Below are positions 50,544 to 61,625 of a stretch of 64,000 nt of DNA, piece after piece (position 1 is the stretch's first letter; every line of letters begins with the position of its first letter). The position numbers were made by a program, and so were the translations under genes. This DNA is from an uncultured Verrucomicrobiae bacterium (lineage in GTDB: Bacteria; Verrucomicrobiota; Verrucomicrobiia; Chthoniobacterales; Chthoniobacteraceae), in the NCBI GenBank assembly GCA_963769025.1, contig CAVYKI010000006.1:128001-192000 (forward strand). Reading direction: 5' to 3'. The notes under the pieces are model-generated. The model saw only the letters and a program-made list of their open reading frames with translations. It did no database searches and was not told the origin of the DNA.

Positions 50544-51802
50544 GATCCCGCGTAGGCGTCGCGGAGGATTTGCATCGTGTGCCGGATGGGGATGTCCGCG
50601 CCCTGTTTTGCGAGGTGCAGCTTGAGCTGCGTGAGGCAGCCGATGTTGCCCGTGGCGACGACATCCGCGCCGGTGGCGGCGATGGCGCGCGCCTTTGCCG
50701 CGCCGAGGCTCGCCGCGATTTCCGGCTGGTCGATGTTGTAGGTGCCCGCGCTGCCGCAGCAGAGGTGGGGGTCGGGAAGGTTGATGAGTTGCGCGCCGGG
50801 GATTGCGGCGAGCAGGGCCCGCGGTTCGTCGCGGACGCCTTGGGCGTTCAGCAGGTGGCACGCGTCGTGGCAGGCGATGCGCAGCGCTTTTCCTGAATCC
50901 GGAATCGGCGCGAGATCGCCGAGGCGCGCCAGGAAGACGGTGGCGTCGAGCACTCGGTGGCGGAATTTTTCCGCGGCATCCGCCAGCTCCGTGCCCGCGA
51001 GAATGAGGTGGTATTCGTGCATTCCCGAGCCGCAGCCGGCGGCGTTCGTGAGGATCGCATCCACGTCGCCGGGAAAGGCGGCGAGATTCTGCCGCGCAAA
51101 GCGCTGCGCGGAATCGATGTCGCCGACATGCCACGCGAGCGCGCCGCAGCACGCCTGCCCGCGCGGGATGACGACCTCGATGCCGTTGCGCGTGAGCACT
51201 TCGATGGTCGCGGTGTTGATGTCCGGCTCCAGCACCTGCTGCGCGCAGCCCGCGAGCAGCGCGACGCGCCCGCGGCGCTTGCCGATCGCGGGCGTGACCT
51301 CCGGCCATGTCTGGCGGGGCGGCACGTGCTCCGGGATCAGGCCGAGCATTGCGCGGAACGATTTTGGAAACAGCGGCGCCAGCGGCCGCGCAAATTTCCC
51401 GGCCCACGCGGCGACGCGAAAGCGGCCCGGATGCGGCAGCGTCGCGGAGACGATCCAGCGCCGCACGCGTTCCATGAAAGGCCGGTGCCGCTTTTTCTCC
51501 GCGAGCGCGCGGAACGGCGACAGCAGGTCGCGATAGGCCACGCCGCTCGGGCACGCAGGTTCGCACGCGAGGCAGCCGAGGCAGCGGTCCACGTGCGGCA
51601 GCGCGTCGGCGAGCGGGAGGGTGTTTTCGAGCACCTGCTTCATCAGCACGATGCGGCCGCGCGGCGTGTCCATCTCCTGACCGAGCTCGCGGTAGGTGGG
51701 GCACGCGGCGAGGCAGAAGCCGCAATGCACGCACGACTCGATCGCGCGTGCCATCGGCGCACCGAGCGGGCCGTGGGCTTCGGGTTGGATGGTGTGCAGC
51801 AC
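50540..51802 (-). CDS. glcF: Glycolate oxidase iron-sulfur subunit-like protein
   Basis: CVHCGFCLAACPTY and CLGCLACEPACPSG; two CCG domains (CCGAL, CCGSAGTYN); GTG start inferred. Confidence 0.85.
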   Translation of the reverse strand: MLHTIQPEAHGPLGAPMARAIESCVHCGFCLAACPTYRELGQEMDTPRGRIVLMKQVLENTLPLADALPHVDRCLGCLACEPACPSGVAYRDLLSPFRALAEKKRHRPFMERVRRWIVSATLPHPGRFRVAAWAGKFARPLAPLFPKSFRAMLGLIPEHVPPRQTWPEVTPAIGKRRGRVALLAGCAQQVLEPDINTATIEVLTRNGIEVVIPRGQACCGALAWHVGDIDSAQRFARQNLAAFPGDVDAILTNAAGCGSGMHEYHLILAGTELADAAEKFRHRVLDATVFLARLGDLAPIPDSGKALRIACHDACHLLNAQGVRDEPRALLAAIPGAQLINLPDPHLCCGSAGTYNIDQPEIAASLGAAKARAIAATGADVVATGNIGCLTQLKLHLAKQGADIPIRHTMQILRDAYAGS

Positions 51803-51804
51803 TG

Positions 51805-52674
51805 CTACTTCTCCACTTTTGGCGAGGCGTTCGCGGGCTTTTGCTCGATGAGTGCGAGGATGCTGCGCGCGGAGGCGCAGTTCTTGAACACCATCTGCAG
51901 GTTTTTCTGCTGCCCGTTTTCCTGTTCGTAATAGACGCTGTCCGTGCTCGCGACCATGCCCACGATATTCCCGCGATCGTCGAACACCGGCCCGCCGCTC
52001 GACCCGCGCGCGTAGTCGGCGGTGATGGCGAGCGCCTCGACTTTCCCGCCGGGCTTCCGCAGCAGGAAACGCCTCGCGACGATGCCCGCGCTCAGGGAGA
52101 AAAAGTGGCTGTTCGGGTGACTCCACACGCCGACGGGGGTGCCATCCGGCGCGTCGGCAGTCAGCGGCAGTGCGGTGAAGCCCGAGCCTTCGCACCGCAG
52201 GATCGCCACGTCCGCCACCGGGTCCGTCGCAAGCAGTTCCGTCACCGCGCTCATGCGTCCGTCGCCGGACATCACGACGAACGCCTCCTTGTCCGGACTG
52301 GCCACGACGTGATGATTCGTCACGAAAATGCCATCGCTCGAAATGAAGAACCCGCTCGCGCCGCCGAGGTGCCAGCGTGTGCATTTCTTGCATTTGAAGA
52401 GGCTCCCGACGATCGCGACTCCAGGCCGCACACGCGCTGCCGCGGCGGGAAGCGCTTCGCTTTTCTGCGCCAGCGGCGCGAGCGCGACATGGCAGCGGCG
52501 GCGGCTGAATTGCGCACGGAGATCGGCCGTCTTCACCGCCTTTCCCGAATCGATCAGCGCCTCGCCAAACTTCAGCAGTTCGCCTTGGAGGCGCTGGTCG
52601 TCCACCGGTTCGTCGGTGAGCGCGGCGCGGCCCGCGGTGGCGAGGGCCAGGAAAAGGAGGAGCAGGGTTTTCAT
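51805..52674 (-). CDS. Exported trypsin-like serine protease
   Basis: Signal peptide; SGFFI...VTNHHV; DVAIL; GSSGGPV. Confidence 0.85.
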   Translation of the reverse strand: MKTLLLLFLALATAGRAALTDEPVDDQRLQGELLKFGEALIDSGKAVKTADLRAQFSRRRCHVALAPLAQKSEALPAAAARVRPGVAIVGSLFKCKKCTRWHLGGASGFFISSDGIFVTNHHVVASPDKEAFVVMSGDGRMSAVTELLATDPVADVAILRCEGSGFTALPLTADAPDGTPVGVWSHPNSHFFSLSAGIVARRFLLRKPGGKVEALAITADYARGSSGGPVFDDRGNIVGMVASTDSVYYEQENGQQKNLQMVFKNCASARSILALIEQKPANASPKVEK

Positions 52675-52804
52675 GGGAGGCGACGGAGCATCTGCGATTA
52701 TTTCCGCACAGGCCACACAGGATTTCCATTCCGGCGCGGCGCGAGTTTCCATTTGCCACCACTGGCTTTGGCGCGGAGGATGCGCGACTTTTTAACCAAC
52801 CCGT

Positions 52805-54055
52805 ATGAGCAATCAACGCCGCGTCGTCGTCACTGGAATCGGACTCCTCACACCTGTGGGGAATGACCTCGCGACCTTTTGGAGCAACATCACCAACGGC
52901 GTCAGCGGCGTCGGGCCTATCACGCAGTTCGACGCGACGGCGTACGACTGCAAAATCGCGGGCGAGGTGCGCGGCTTCGATCCGGTGAAATTTTTCAAGG
53001 TGCCCAAGGACGTGCGCCGTGCGGACCGCTACACGCAGCTCGCCGTCGGCGCGGCGCGGATGGCGATGGAGGACGCGGGCTTCACGGATCGCGTGACGAA
53101 TGGCGAGCGCTTCGGCTGCATGATCGGCAGCGGCATCGGCGGCCTCGCGACGCTCGAGACGCAGCACACGATTCTTTTGCAGAAGGGGCCGGGCCGGCTG
53201 TCGCCCTTCGTGATCCCGATGCTCATCAGCAACATGGCCAGCGGTACCGTCTCGATGGAGTGGGGCCTGCAGGGGCCGAACTACGCGACGACCAGCGCGT
53301 GCTCCACGAGCGCACATTCCATCGGCGAAGCGTGGCGGATGCTGCGCGAGGGGGACGCGGACATGTTCGTCGCTGGCGGGAGCGAATCCACGATCGTGCC
53401 GATGGGCGTCGGCGGATTTTCGGCGATGAAGGCGCTCAGCACGCGCAACGACGAACCGGCAAAGGCGAGCCGTCCGTGGGACCGTGACCGCGACGGATTC
53501 GTGATGGGCGAAGGCGCGGGGGTCGTCGTGCTGGAGGAACTGGAAGCCGCGAAGAAGCGCGGCGCGAAAATCTACGGCGAAATCGCCGGCTACGGCCTGA
53601 GCGCCGACGCCTACCACATGAGCGCCCCGCTGCCCGAGGGCGAAGGCGCCGCCCGCTGCATGACGATGGCGCTGCGCAAGGCCGGCCTGAACCCGACAGA
53701 CGTGGACTACGTGAACGCCCACGGCACCTCGACGCCCATGGGCGATGTGTGCGAGACAAAGGCCATCAAGCTCGTCTTCGGCGAGCACGCGAAGAAGCTG
53801 CAGGTGAGCTCCAGCAAGAGCATGACAGGCCATCTGCTCGGCGCCGCGGGCGTGGTGGAGAGCATCGTGTGCATCAAGGCCATGCAGGAGGGCGTCATCC
53901 CGCCGACCATCAATCTCGACAACCCCGGCGAAGGCTGCGACCTCGACTACGTCCCGCACACCGCCCGCGAGGGAAACCCCCGCGTGTCCATCAACAACAG
54001 CTTCGGCTTCGGCGGCCACAACGCGACGCTCGTGCTGCGGAAGTTTGAGGGCTGA
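52805..54055 (+). CDS. fabF: 3-oxoacyl-ACP synthase II
   Basis: RRVVVTGIG, SACSTSAHSIG, RDGFVMGEG, NAHGTST, SSKSMTGH, NSFGFGGHN. Confidence 0.97.
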   Translation: MSNQRRVVVTGIGLLTPVGNDLATFWSNITNGVSGVGPITQFDATAYDCKIAGEVRGFDPVKFFKVPKDVRRADRYTQLAVGAARMAMEDAGFTDRVTNGERFGCMIGSGIGGLATLETQHTILLQKGPGRLSPFVIPMLISNMASGTVSMEWGLQGPNYATTSACSTSAHSIGEAWRMLREGDADMFVAGGSESTIVPMGVGGFSAMKALSTRNDEPAKASRPWDRDRDGFVMGEGAGVVVLEELEAAKKRGAKIYGEIAGYGLSADAYHMSAPLPEGEGAARCMTMALRKAGLNPTDVDYVNAHGTSTPMGDVCETKAIKLVFGEHAKKLQVSSSKSMTGHLLGAAGVVESIVCIKAMQEGVIPPTINLDNPGEGCDLDYVPHTAREGNPRVSINNSFGFGGHNATLVLRKFEG

Positions 54056-54179
54056 GCCGCGACCAAGGTGTCGGGGTCAATTTTAGGCCGACGATCGAGG
54101 GAGCTTGCCGCTCCGATTCCGACGGACGCTGCGCCCTTCTCGCTTGAGGCAAACTGAGCGAAGTGCTTCCAATTCGAGA

Positions 54180-55988
54180 ATGACGGCTGGACGATTGAAG
54201 TCAGCTTGGGGGCAGGTGCGCTCAGGAACTGCCGGGCTTTTGCGCGAGGGTTTTCGCGTTGCTCCGTTGCTCGTCCTGCTGCTGCTCATCGGGATCGGCA
54301 TTCAGGGAAAGGCTTGTCGCGCGATTGCGCCGCCGATCTACGACCCGTTGCATTACATCGAAAAGGGGCAGCGATTTTTTTCGGAAATCCGCGACGATCA
54401 TTTCCCGAATCCGCTGGAGGTTCAGCCGGTATTTCGTCCGCCTGGACACATCCCTTTCTTTTTTCCGACGGGTTATCATGGCATTCAGACTTATCTGTTC
54501 TGGGCGATGTTTTCGCCATTGGCAGTCTGGCTGCTGGCGCTGTGGGTGGCGTTTCGGCCAAAGCTCAAGGGCGAGGTGAATGATGGAATTTCCCTGAGCT
54601 TGTGCGCGGGCCTCGCGGCGCTGCCGTTGTTCTTTCATTTCGAGGTCAACAATAAGGTGTCCGCAGTCTGGGTGGGCCAGTGGGGTCTGGTGGATACCCT
54701 GTGCGCGGCGATTTCCGCTCTGGCGGCAGGCTTGCTGGTCCGCGGCGTGCGCGATCGCAACCTGCTGCTCACGAGCTTGGGGTGGGGGGCGGCTGCCTAC
54801 ACGGCTTTCATCAAGCCCGCCGGGTTGATCGTCATGCTGGCCATCGGTGGGATTTGGTTGATTGAGGTGCTGCTGCAAAGGACCGCTGGTGAGGTGCCGG
54901 TTGCGCCGCGAAGAAGCCTCGGCAGATTTGTACTCGTCTCGGCACTTGCCGGCTGCGCGATCTACGGAGCGTGCGTGGCGCTCTGCCTCGCTTCGAGTTA
55001 TCTTTCGCGGGCAAATCTTTCGATGGGTTCAAACGCCACTGCGTACTTTCGAAAGGTAATGGCCGGGCGTTCGCTGGCGCAGGTGCTCGTTCCCTTCATT
55101 CGACCGACCTTCGGCTGGCATTGGTTCGTGCCACTCGCGCTTGCGTTCGGTGCCGGTTTGATCGCAGCAATTCGCAATTTCCTGAAGCACCGCCGCCACG
55201 CGCTGTTGGTTCGGTTGATCTCCGGGGCGCTTCTGCTCCTCGCTGGTTGCCTTTGGTGGTTGGGCTTTGCCGGGCCGGAGGTGCGTTATTGCTACCCGTT
55301 CATCCTGATCGTTCTGGTTTGGCTCGGCCCAGAAATACTGCCGAGTCTGCAGCGGGTCTCACTGCGCGTCCGGCGGGGCTTTGTCACCCTGTGCCTGTGG
55401 TCTCCTGCCGCGCTGGTTGTGCTCCTGTGGATGGATGCTCCGTCACGGACGGTCCAGCACGCGCTGGGCGTCAATCTTTCAAGCGGCGGTTACGCCGAAC
55501 TGGTAGCCGAAGCCAACAGGATCATCGCCGAAACGGAAGCGACCGGGCGCTCGCCGTGTGTGTATTTGATCGAAGGAGGCATGCTCGGCAAGATGGTCTA
55601 CGCGATCGACTACCTGAAGGCGGTGGAAAATCGGCGTCCACCGGCCATCCGATGGGTAAATCCGACGGACTGGCTCCGAGAGCCTGGGGTTCGGTATGCT
55701 GATGCCGAGAAGTCTGATTATGTGTACTGCCGGAAAGTGGGTTGGTTGGTGTTGCCGCCTGGATCCAAGATCAACGACTATCGCACGGAGCTCGGCGTCT
55801 TCGGCGCCTGGTTGCAAACTCTGGGGACCGCACAGGGGGTGGAGCCTACCAACAACGGCGAAACGCGCATCCTGAAAATCGTGGACCGCCCAAAATTTCA
55901 GGCGGCGTACCAAGACTTCGCCGCCATGTATGGGCATCGGCCTGAGTTTTGGAAGAACAACCCCGAGTTGTTTCCGCCCAAGCGGTAA
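54180..55988 (+). CDS. Polytopic membrane protein, possibly GT-C-fold glycosyltransferase-like
   Basis: About 10-12 hydrophobic segments; YDPLHY and RPPG in the first loop; IKPAG; soluble C-terminal domain; start uncertain. Confidence 0.55.
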   Translation: MTAGRLKSAWGQVRSGTAGLLREGFRVAPLLVLLLLIGIGIQGKACRAIAPPIYDPLHYIEKGQRFFSEIRDDHFPNPLEVQPVFRPPGHIPFFFPTGYHGIQTYLFWAMFSPLAVWLLALWVAFRPKLKGEVNDGISLSLCAGLAALPLFFHFEVNNKVSAVWVGQWGLVDTLCAAISALAAGLLVRGVRDRNLLLTSLGWGAAAYTAFIKPAGLIVMLAIGGIWLIEVLLQRTAGEVPVAPRRSLGRFVLVSALAGCAIYGACVALCLASSYLSRANLSMGSNATAYFRKVMAGRSLAQVLVPFIRPTFGWHWFVPLALAFGAGLIAAIRNFLKHRRHALLVRLISGALLLLAGCLWWLGFAGPEVRYCYPFILIVLVWLGPEILPSLQRVSLRVRRGFVTLCLWSPAALVVLLWMDAPSRTVQHALGVNLSSGGYAELVAEANRIIAETEATGRSPCVYLIEGGMLGKMVYAIDYLKAVENRRPPAIRWVNPTDWLREPGVRYADAEKSDYVYCRKVGWLVLPPGSKINDYRTELGVFGAWLQTLGTAQGVEPTNNGETRILKIVDRPKFQAAYQDFAAMYGHRPEFWKNNPELFPPKR

Positions 55989-56428
55989 GCTGCTTCGCGG
56001 GCTCTCAGTCACCGGCCTTGTTCCGGTGGAGGTTGCCTTCCTTGCCGTGATGTACTGCGTGGAGGAACTCAGCGGGCGTCTCGTCTTCGCCAAAGGATCT
56101 GGTGGTTTTGACTCCCTGCATGTGCCCACGGCGCGGGCACCGAGCTTCGGCAAATTTCGGCCGTTCGCTGGCCCGGCACCGCATCCTCGCGGAATCAGAA
56201 AGGCTCATTGTTCCGTTGTCTCCCGCATACGCGCGGAAGATTTATGAAGAAACTTCTTGCCGGGTGTGGGGAGGGGGGCTAAACAGCGCGTCCCATTTTC
56301 TCCGCGCTCTGGCGTTACTCACGCGCACCGCGGTTCTGGCGACGGGCTTCACAGCCCCGAGTTGGCACCGCAGGACGTGTCGCCAGATGTGAAGGAAACG
56401 GGAAAAGTGCGGAAAGTGAGAATAGTGC

Positions 56429-56465
56429 TTGCCAAAACTTGCCCTGCTCCTAGTTTCCGCGCCCC
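56429..56465 (+). promoter_or_regulatory. Putative promoter of the rpsL/S10 operon
   Basis: TTGCCA-N16-TAGTTT-CCGCGCCCC. Confidence 0.6.
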
Positions 56466-56572
56466 GCCGCAGGTGGCTCGCACCAAACCACGGCGGATTT
56501 GTAGTCCTTCACGGGATGTCAAAGGGTCCAGTCGGACCGGACTTTGGAGCGAACGTTAACCACAATTTTTCA

Positions 56573-56980
56573 ATGCCAACGATCAACCAGCTCGTCCGCA
56601 AGGGCCGCACGCAGGTCAAATACAAGTCGAAGTCACCGGCGCTCAAGAACTGCCCGTTCCGCCGCGGCGTCTGCCTGCAGGTGATGACCCGCACGCCCAA
56701 GAAGCCGAACTCCGCTCTCCGCAAGGTCGCGAAGGTCCGGCTGACGAACGGCTTTGAAGTGATCGCCTACATCCCTGGTGAAGGCCACAATCTGCAGGAG
56801 CACTCGATCGTGCTCGTGCGTGGCGGCCGTGTGAAGGATCTTCCCGGTGTCCGTTATCATATCGTCCGCGGCACGCTGGACTCCCTCGGAGTCGAGGGTC
56901 GCCGCCGCAGCCGTTCCAAGTACGGTGCCAAGCGTCCGAAGGCCGGTGCAGCCGCCGCTGCGGGTGCGAAGAAGAAGTAA
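56573..56980 (+). CDS. rpsL: 30S ribosomal protein S12
   Basis: [32 protein letters not shown]. Confidence 0.99.
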   Translation: MPTINQLVRKGRTQVKYKSKSPALKNCPFRRGVCLQVMTRTPKKPNSALRKVAKVRLTNGFEVIAYIPGEGHNLQEHSIVLVRGGRVKDLPGVRYHIVRGTLDSLGVEGRRRSRSKYGAKRPKAGAAAAAGAKKK

Positions 56981-56999
56981 GCTAACCAATTTTACCGCC

Positions 57000-57470
57000 A
57001 TGTCACGTCGTCGTCGCGTCATTCACAAGGAAGAGAAACTGGACAGCCGTTATGGCTCGCCTCTCGTCGCCCGCCTCATCGGCACGGTGATGAAGAGCGG
57101 CAAGAAGTCGCTCGCCGAGCGCATCGTCTATGACGCCATCGAGCAGAGCCGCCAGGGCAGCGATGCCGTCGATCCGCTCGAGACGCTGAACAAGGCCATC
57201 GAGAACGTGAAGCCGCGCCTCGAAGTGAAGAGCCGCCGCGTCGGTGGTGCCACCTACCAGGTGCCGATGGAAGTCGCGCCCGCCCGTGCGGTGGCGCTCG
57301 CGTTCCGCTGGATCGTCAATTACGCCTCGGCCCGCAAGGGCTCCTTCAAGAAGGCGCTCGCCACCGAACTCAAGGAAGCCGCCGCAGGGCAGGGGAACGC
57401 GATCAAGAAGCGCGACGACACCCACAAGATGGCGCAGGCCAACCGCGCTTTCGCCCACTTCCGCTTCTAG
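57000..57470 (+). CDS. rpsG: 30S ribosomal protein S7
   Basis: [34 protein letters not shown]. Confidence 0.99.
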   Translation: MSRRRRVIHKEEKLDSRYGSPLVARLIGTVMKSGKKSLAERIVYDAIEQSRQGSDAVDPLETLNKAIENVKPRLEVKSRRVGGATYQVPMEVAPARAVALAFRWIVNYASARKGSFKKALATELKEAAAGQGNAIKKRDDTHKMAQANRAFAHFRF

Positions 57471-57504
57471 CCCCCGACGAAACCAAACTCTCGCCGCGCT
57501 ACCC

Positions 57505-59691
57505 ATGTCTTCCGCCGTCGCCGCAAAACCAGCATCCAATCCGAACTCGCCTGATCGTGCGTATCCGCTCGAGAAGACGCGCAACATCGGCATCGCCGCG
57601 CACATCGACGCCGGCAAGACGACGCTGACCGAGCGAATCCTTTTCTACACCGGCATGATCCACAAGATCGGCGAGGTGCATGAGGGCACGACCGCCACCG
57701 ACTGGATGGAGCAGGAGCGTGAGCGTGGCATCACGATCACTTCCGCCGCGACGACCTGCTTCTGGGAGCAGCAGCAAGCAGGAGGGCGTGCTGAAGCTTT
57801 ACGAGGCGCAGAAGATGCGGGTGAACATCATCGACACCCCCGGTCACGTGGATTTCACGGCCGAGGTGGAGCGCTCGCTCCGCGTGCTCGACGGCGCGAT
57901 CTGCGGTGTTCTGCGCGGTCGCCGGTGTGCAGCCGCAGTCCGAGACGGTCTGGCGCCAGGCGACGAAGTATGGCGTGCCGCGCATCGCGTTCGTCAACAA
58001 GATGGACCGCACCGGTGCGAACTTCGACAACGCGCTGAACGACATGCGCACGAAGCTGAGGGCGAATGCCTGGCCGGTCCTGATCCCGATCGGCGCCGAG
58101 GATCACCTCAAGCGGCCAGATCGACATCATCAACCAGCAAGGCCGATCGTCTATCTCGACGACGACAAGATGGGATCGACCTACGTGGTCGAGGAACTCG
58201 ACGAGGCGCGGCAAGGCCATCGCTGACGAGGCCTACGCCGTGATCTCGATCGCCGCGCTGTGCGATATCGATGACGAGATCGGGCACGGCGTTCCTCGAG
58301 GAGAAGCCGATCAGCGCCCGAGATGATCAAGCAGGCCATCCGCCGCGCTGACCATCGCCAACAAATTTGTCCCCGTCGTCGGCGGTTCCGCCTTCAAGAA
58401 CAAGGGCGTGCAGTATCTCGTGGACGCGGTCATCGACTATCTCCCGTCGCCGCTCGACATCCCGCCGCAGCAGGGCATCAATCCCGACAACCTCGAGGAG
58501 AAGATCCCCGCGCCGCCGGACGACACCGCGAAGTTCGTCGGCCTCGCGTTCAAGCTCTGGAGCGATCCTTTCGTCGGCAAGCTCGTGTTCTTCCGCGTCT
58601 ATCGCGGCAAGCTCAAGCAAGGGCGACACCATTTACAATCCCGCGCACCCGCAAGAGCGAGCGCGTCAGCCGCCTGATTCAGATTCAGGCCGACAAGCAC
58701 GAGGATATTGATACCTGCTACTCCGGCGACATCGCCGCCATCGTCGGCCTGCGGAACATCACCACCGGCGACACGCTTTGCGACGAGGACGTCGAGATCA
58801 TGCTCGAGCCGCCGTCCTTCCCTGACCCGGTCATCAGCATGTCCGTCGAGCCGAAGACCAAGGAGGACCAGGAAAAGATGAGCATCGCTCTCCAGCGCCT
58901 CTCTGAGGAAGATCCGACCTTCCGCGTCCACACCGACGAGGAGACCGGCCAGACGATCATCGCCGGCATGGGCGAGCTCCACCTGGAAATCATCCGCGAC
59001 CGCATGCTCCGCGAGTTCAAGGTCGAGGCCAACTCCGGCAAGCCGCAGATCGCCTACCGCGAGACCATCACCAAGCCCGCGAACGGCGACGGCAAGCTCA
59101 TCAAGCAGTCCGGCGGCCGCGGTCAGTATGGCCACGTCATCGTCGACGTCCGCCCCGGCGAGCGCGGCAAGGGCATCATCATCGAGAACAAGGTTGTCGG
59201 CGGAACGATTCCGAAGGATTACATCCCGGCGTGCAAGAAGGGCATCGAAGAAGCGGTGCTCAACGGCGTCCTCGGCGGCTACCCGGTGATCGATGTCGAA
59301 GTGGACATCATCGACGGCAGCTACCACGACGTGGACTCGAACGAAATGGCCTTCAAGATGGCCGCGATTTTCGCAGTGAAGGACGCGTTCAAGAAGGCCA
59401 AGTCCATTCTGCTCGAGCCCATCATGAAGGTCGAGAACACCACTCCGGAAGACTACCAGGGCGACATCATGGGCGACCTCAACCGCCGCCGCGGCGTGAT
59501 CCAGGGCATGGAGTCCAAGAATGGCCTCTGCCTCATCAATGCGCGAGGTGCCGCTCGCCGAAATGTTCGGCTACTCCACCGCCATCCGCTCACTTTCCAA
59601 GGGGCGCTCCAGCTACTCGATGGAGCCTTCCCACTTCGAGCAGGTGCCTGAAAACGTGAAGGCCGCTGTGCTCGACCAGAAGGGCAAATAA
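57505..59691 (+). CDS. fusA: Elongation factor G (multiple apparent frameshifts)
   Basis: [65 protein letters not shown]. Confidence 0.97.
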
Positions 59692-59703
59692 CTCACACAC
59701 GCC

Positions 59704-60013
59704 ATGAACGGACAACGCATTCGCATTCGCCTCAAGGCATTCGACCACCGCGTGCTCGACGCATCGGCCATCGACATCGTCGAGACCGCCAAGCGCACCG
59801 GCGCCCGCGTCGCCGGTCCGATCCCGCTCCCGACCCGCATCGAGAAATTCACCGTCAACCGCTCGCCGCACGTGGACAAGAAGTCCATGGATCAGTTTGA
59901 AATCCGCACCCACAAGCGCCTGCTCGACATCATCGAGCCGACCGCCAAGACCGTGGATGAGCTGCAGGAAGCTCAACCTGCCCGCCGGCGTGGACATCAC
60001 CATCAAGATCTAA
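59704..60013 (+). CDS. rpsJ: 30S ribosomal protein S10 (indel near 59965)
   Basis: [45 protein letters not shown] in the shifted frame. Confidence 0.97.
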
Positions 60014-60019
60014 CCAGCG

Positions 60020-60715
60020 ATGAAGATTGGACTATTGGGCAAGAAACTCGGAATGACCCGCGTCTATGACGACAAGGGTTGCGTCACCGCCGTGACGGTC
60101 ATCGAAGCGGGTGGCAACACCGTGCTCCAGAAGAAGACGATGGAGAACGATGGCTACAACGGCCTCCAGGTCGGCTTCGACATGCAGAAGGAGCACCGCG
60201 TCACCAAGCAGATGCTCGGACACTTTAAGAAGGCAAACTCGGAGCCGAAGCGCTACATCCGCGAGTTCCGCCTCCCGGACGGCGTGAAGCTCGACGAGGC
60301 GCTGGATCTGAGCGTGAATCACTTCGCCGTCGGCGACGTTGTGGACGTCATCGGCCAGAGCAAGGGTCATGGATTTCAGGGCGTCATGAAGAAGCACAAC
60401 ATGGGCGGCCAGCCCGCTTCGCACGGTCACATGATGCACCGCCGGAATGGCGCAATCGGCAACCGTTCGACCCCCGGTCGCGTGTGGAAGAACATGGGCA
60501 TGCCCGGTCACATGGGCGACGAGCGCATCACGGTGCAGAACCTGCGCATCGTGCAGGTGAACACGGATGATAACTGCATTCTCGTGAGCGGTGCGATCCC
60601 GGGCAAGCCTGGGTGCTACGTCGTCATCCGTCCCGCGAAGAAGGTGAAGACGGTGAACCCGGAGACCCTGAAACAGGCGGCAAAGAAGGCGTCCAAGGCG
60701 GCAGCCAAGAAGTAA
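60020..60715 (+). CDS. rplC: 50S ribosomal protein L3
   Basis: [32 protein letters not shown]. Confidence 0.98.
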   Translation: MKIGLLGKKLGMTRVYDDKGCVTAVTVIEAGGNTVLQKKTMENDGYNGLQVGFDMQKEHRVTKQMLGHFKKANSEPKRYIREFRLPDGVKLDEALDLSVNHFAVGDVVDVIGQSKGHGFQGVMKKHNMGGQPASHGHMMHRRNGAIGNRSTPGRVWKNMGMPGHMGDERITVQNLRIVQVNTDDNCILVSGAIPGKPGCYVVIRPAKKVKTVNPETLKQAAKKASKAAAKK

Positions 60716-60717
60716 AA

Positions 60718-61330
60718 ATGAGCGCTACTATTCTAACTCCCGAAGCGGCGAAGGCCGCGAATATCGAGGTCATCACCAACGGCAAGTACACCCAGGCTGT
60801 GCACGACACCGTGGTCGCCTACCGCGCAAACCGCCGCAGCGGCACCGCGAGTGTGAAGACCAAGGCCACCGTGAGCGGTTCCGGCGCGAAGCCGTGGAAC
60901 CAGAAGGGCACCGGCCGCGCCCGTGCCGGCTACAAATCGAGCCCCATCTGGAGTGGCGGCGGCGTGGTCTTTGGCCCGCATCCCCGCTCTTACGCGAAGA
61001 AGGTTTCCAAGAAGACCCGCCGAATCGCGCTGCGCAAGGCGCTGAGTGCCCGCATCCTCGACGGCGATGTGCTGGTGGTCCCGAACTTCGTCGGTCGCAA
61101 CGCCGAAGACGAAGGAATTCGTGAAGCTGATCGGCGGAATCTCGCCGGAGGCAAAGACGCTGATTATCGCCAGCGACTTCGACGAGAACACGCGTCTCGC
61201 CGCCCGCAACGTCCAGCCAGCCTGCCTGACCAGCGCAGCCGACGTGAACTCCGAAAACCTGCTCGCCTTCAAGAAGATCGTCATCACCAACGACGCTCTC
61301 GCTCAACTCGCTGAACGCATCAACAAATGA
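60718..61330 (+). CDS. rplD: 50S ribosomal protein L4 (indel near 61093)
   Basis: RSGTASVKT, KPWNQKGTGRARAG, GGGVVFGP. Confidence 0.96.
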
Positions 61331-61613
61331 ACGAGCCATACGACATCATTCAAAACGTTCACCTGACCGAGAAGAGCAGCATCCTCTCGGAGAAGGGGAA
61401 CCAGTACGTGTTCCGCGTGCAGCCGACGGCGAACAAGGTGCAGATCCGCCAGGCCATCGAGAAGCTCTTCAAGAAGAAGGTCATCCGCGTGAACACCGCT
61501 CAACTGCTTCGGCAAAGCCAAGCGCGGACGCACCGCAGCATCCCGGTCGCACGAGCGATTGGAAGAAGGCCATCGTCACTCTCGCGCCCGGCGACAAAAT
61601 CGAACTCGCCTAA
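61327..61613 (+). CDS. rplW: 50S ribosomal protein L23 (indels)
   Basis: [35 protein letters not shown] in the shifted frame. Confidence 0.93.
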
Positions 61614-61625
61614 AGGAGACACACC

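Noticed and set aside
51803..54019. Apparent 1159-aa GlcF fusion
   Set aside because: The N-terminal extension is antisense to fabF and out of frame over the protease; GlcF similarity begins at about 51802.
56005..56208. Small ORFs in the spacer upstream of rpsL
   Set aside because: Short, overlapping on both strands, no motif; cannot be supported as genes.
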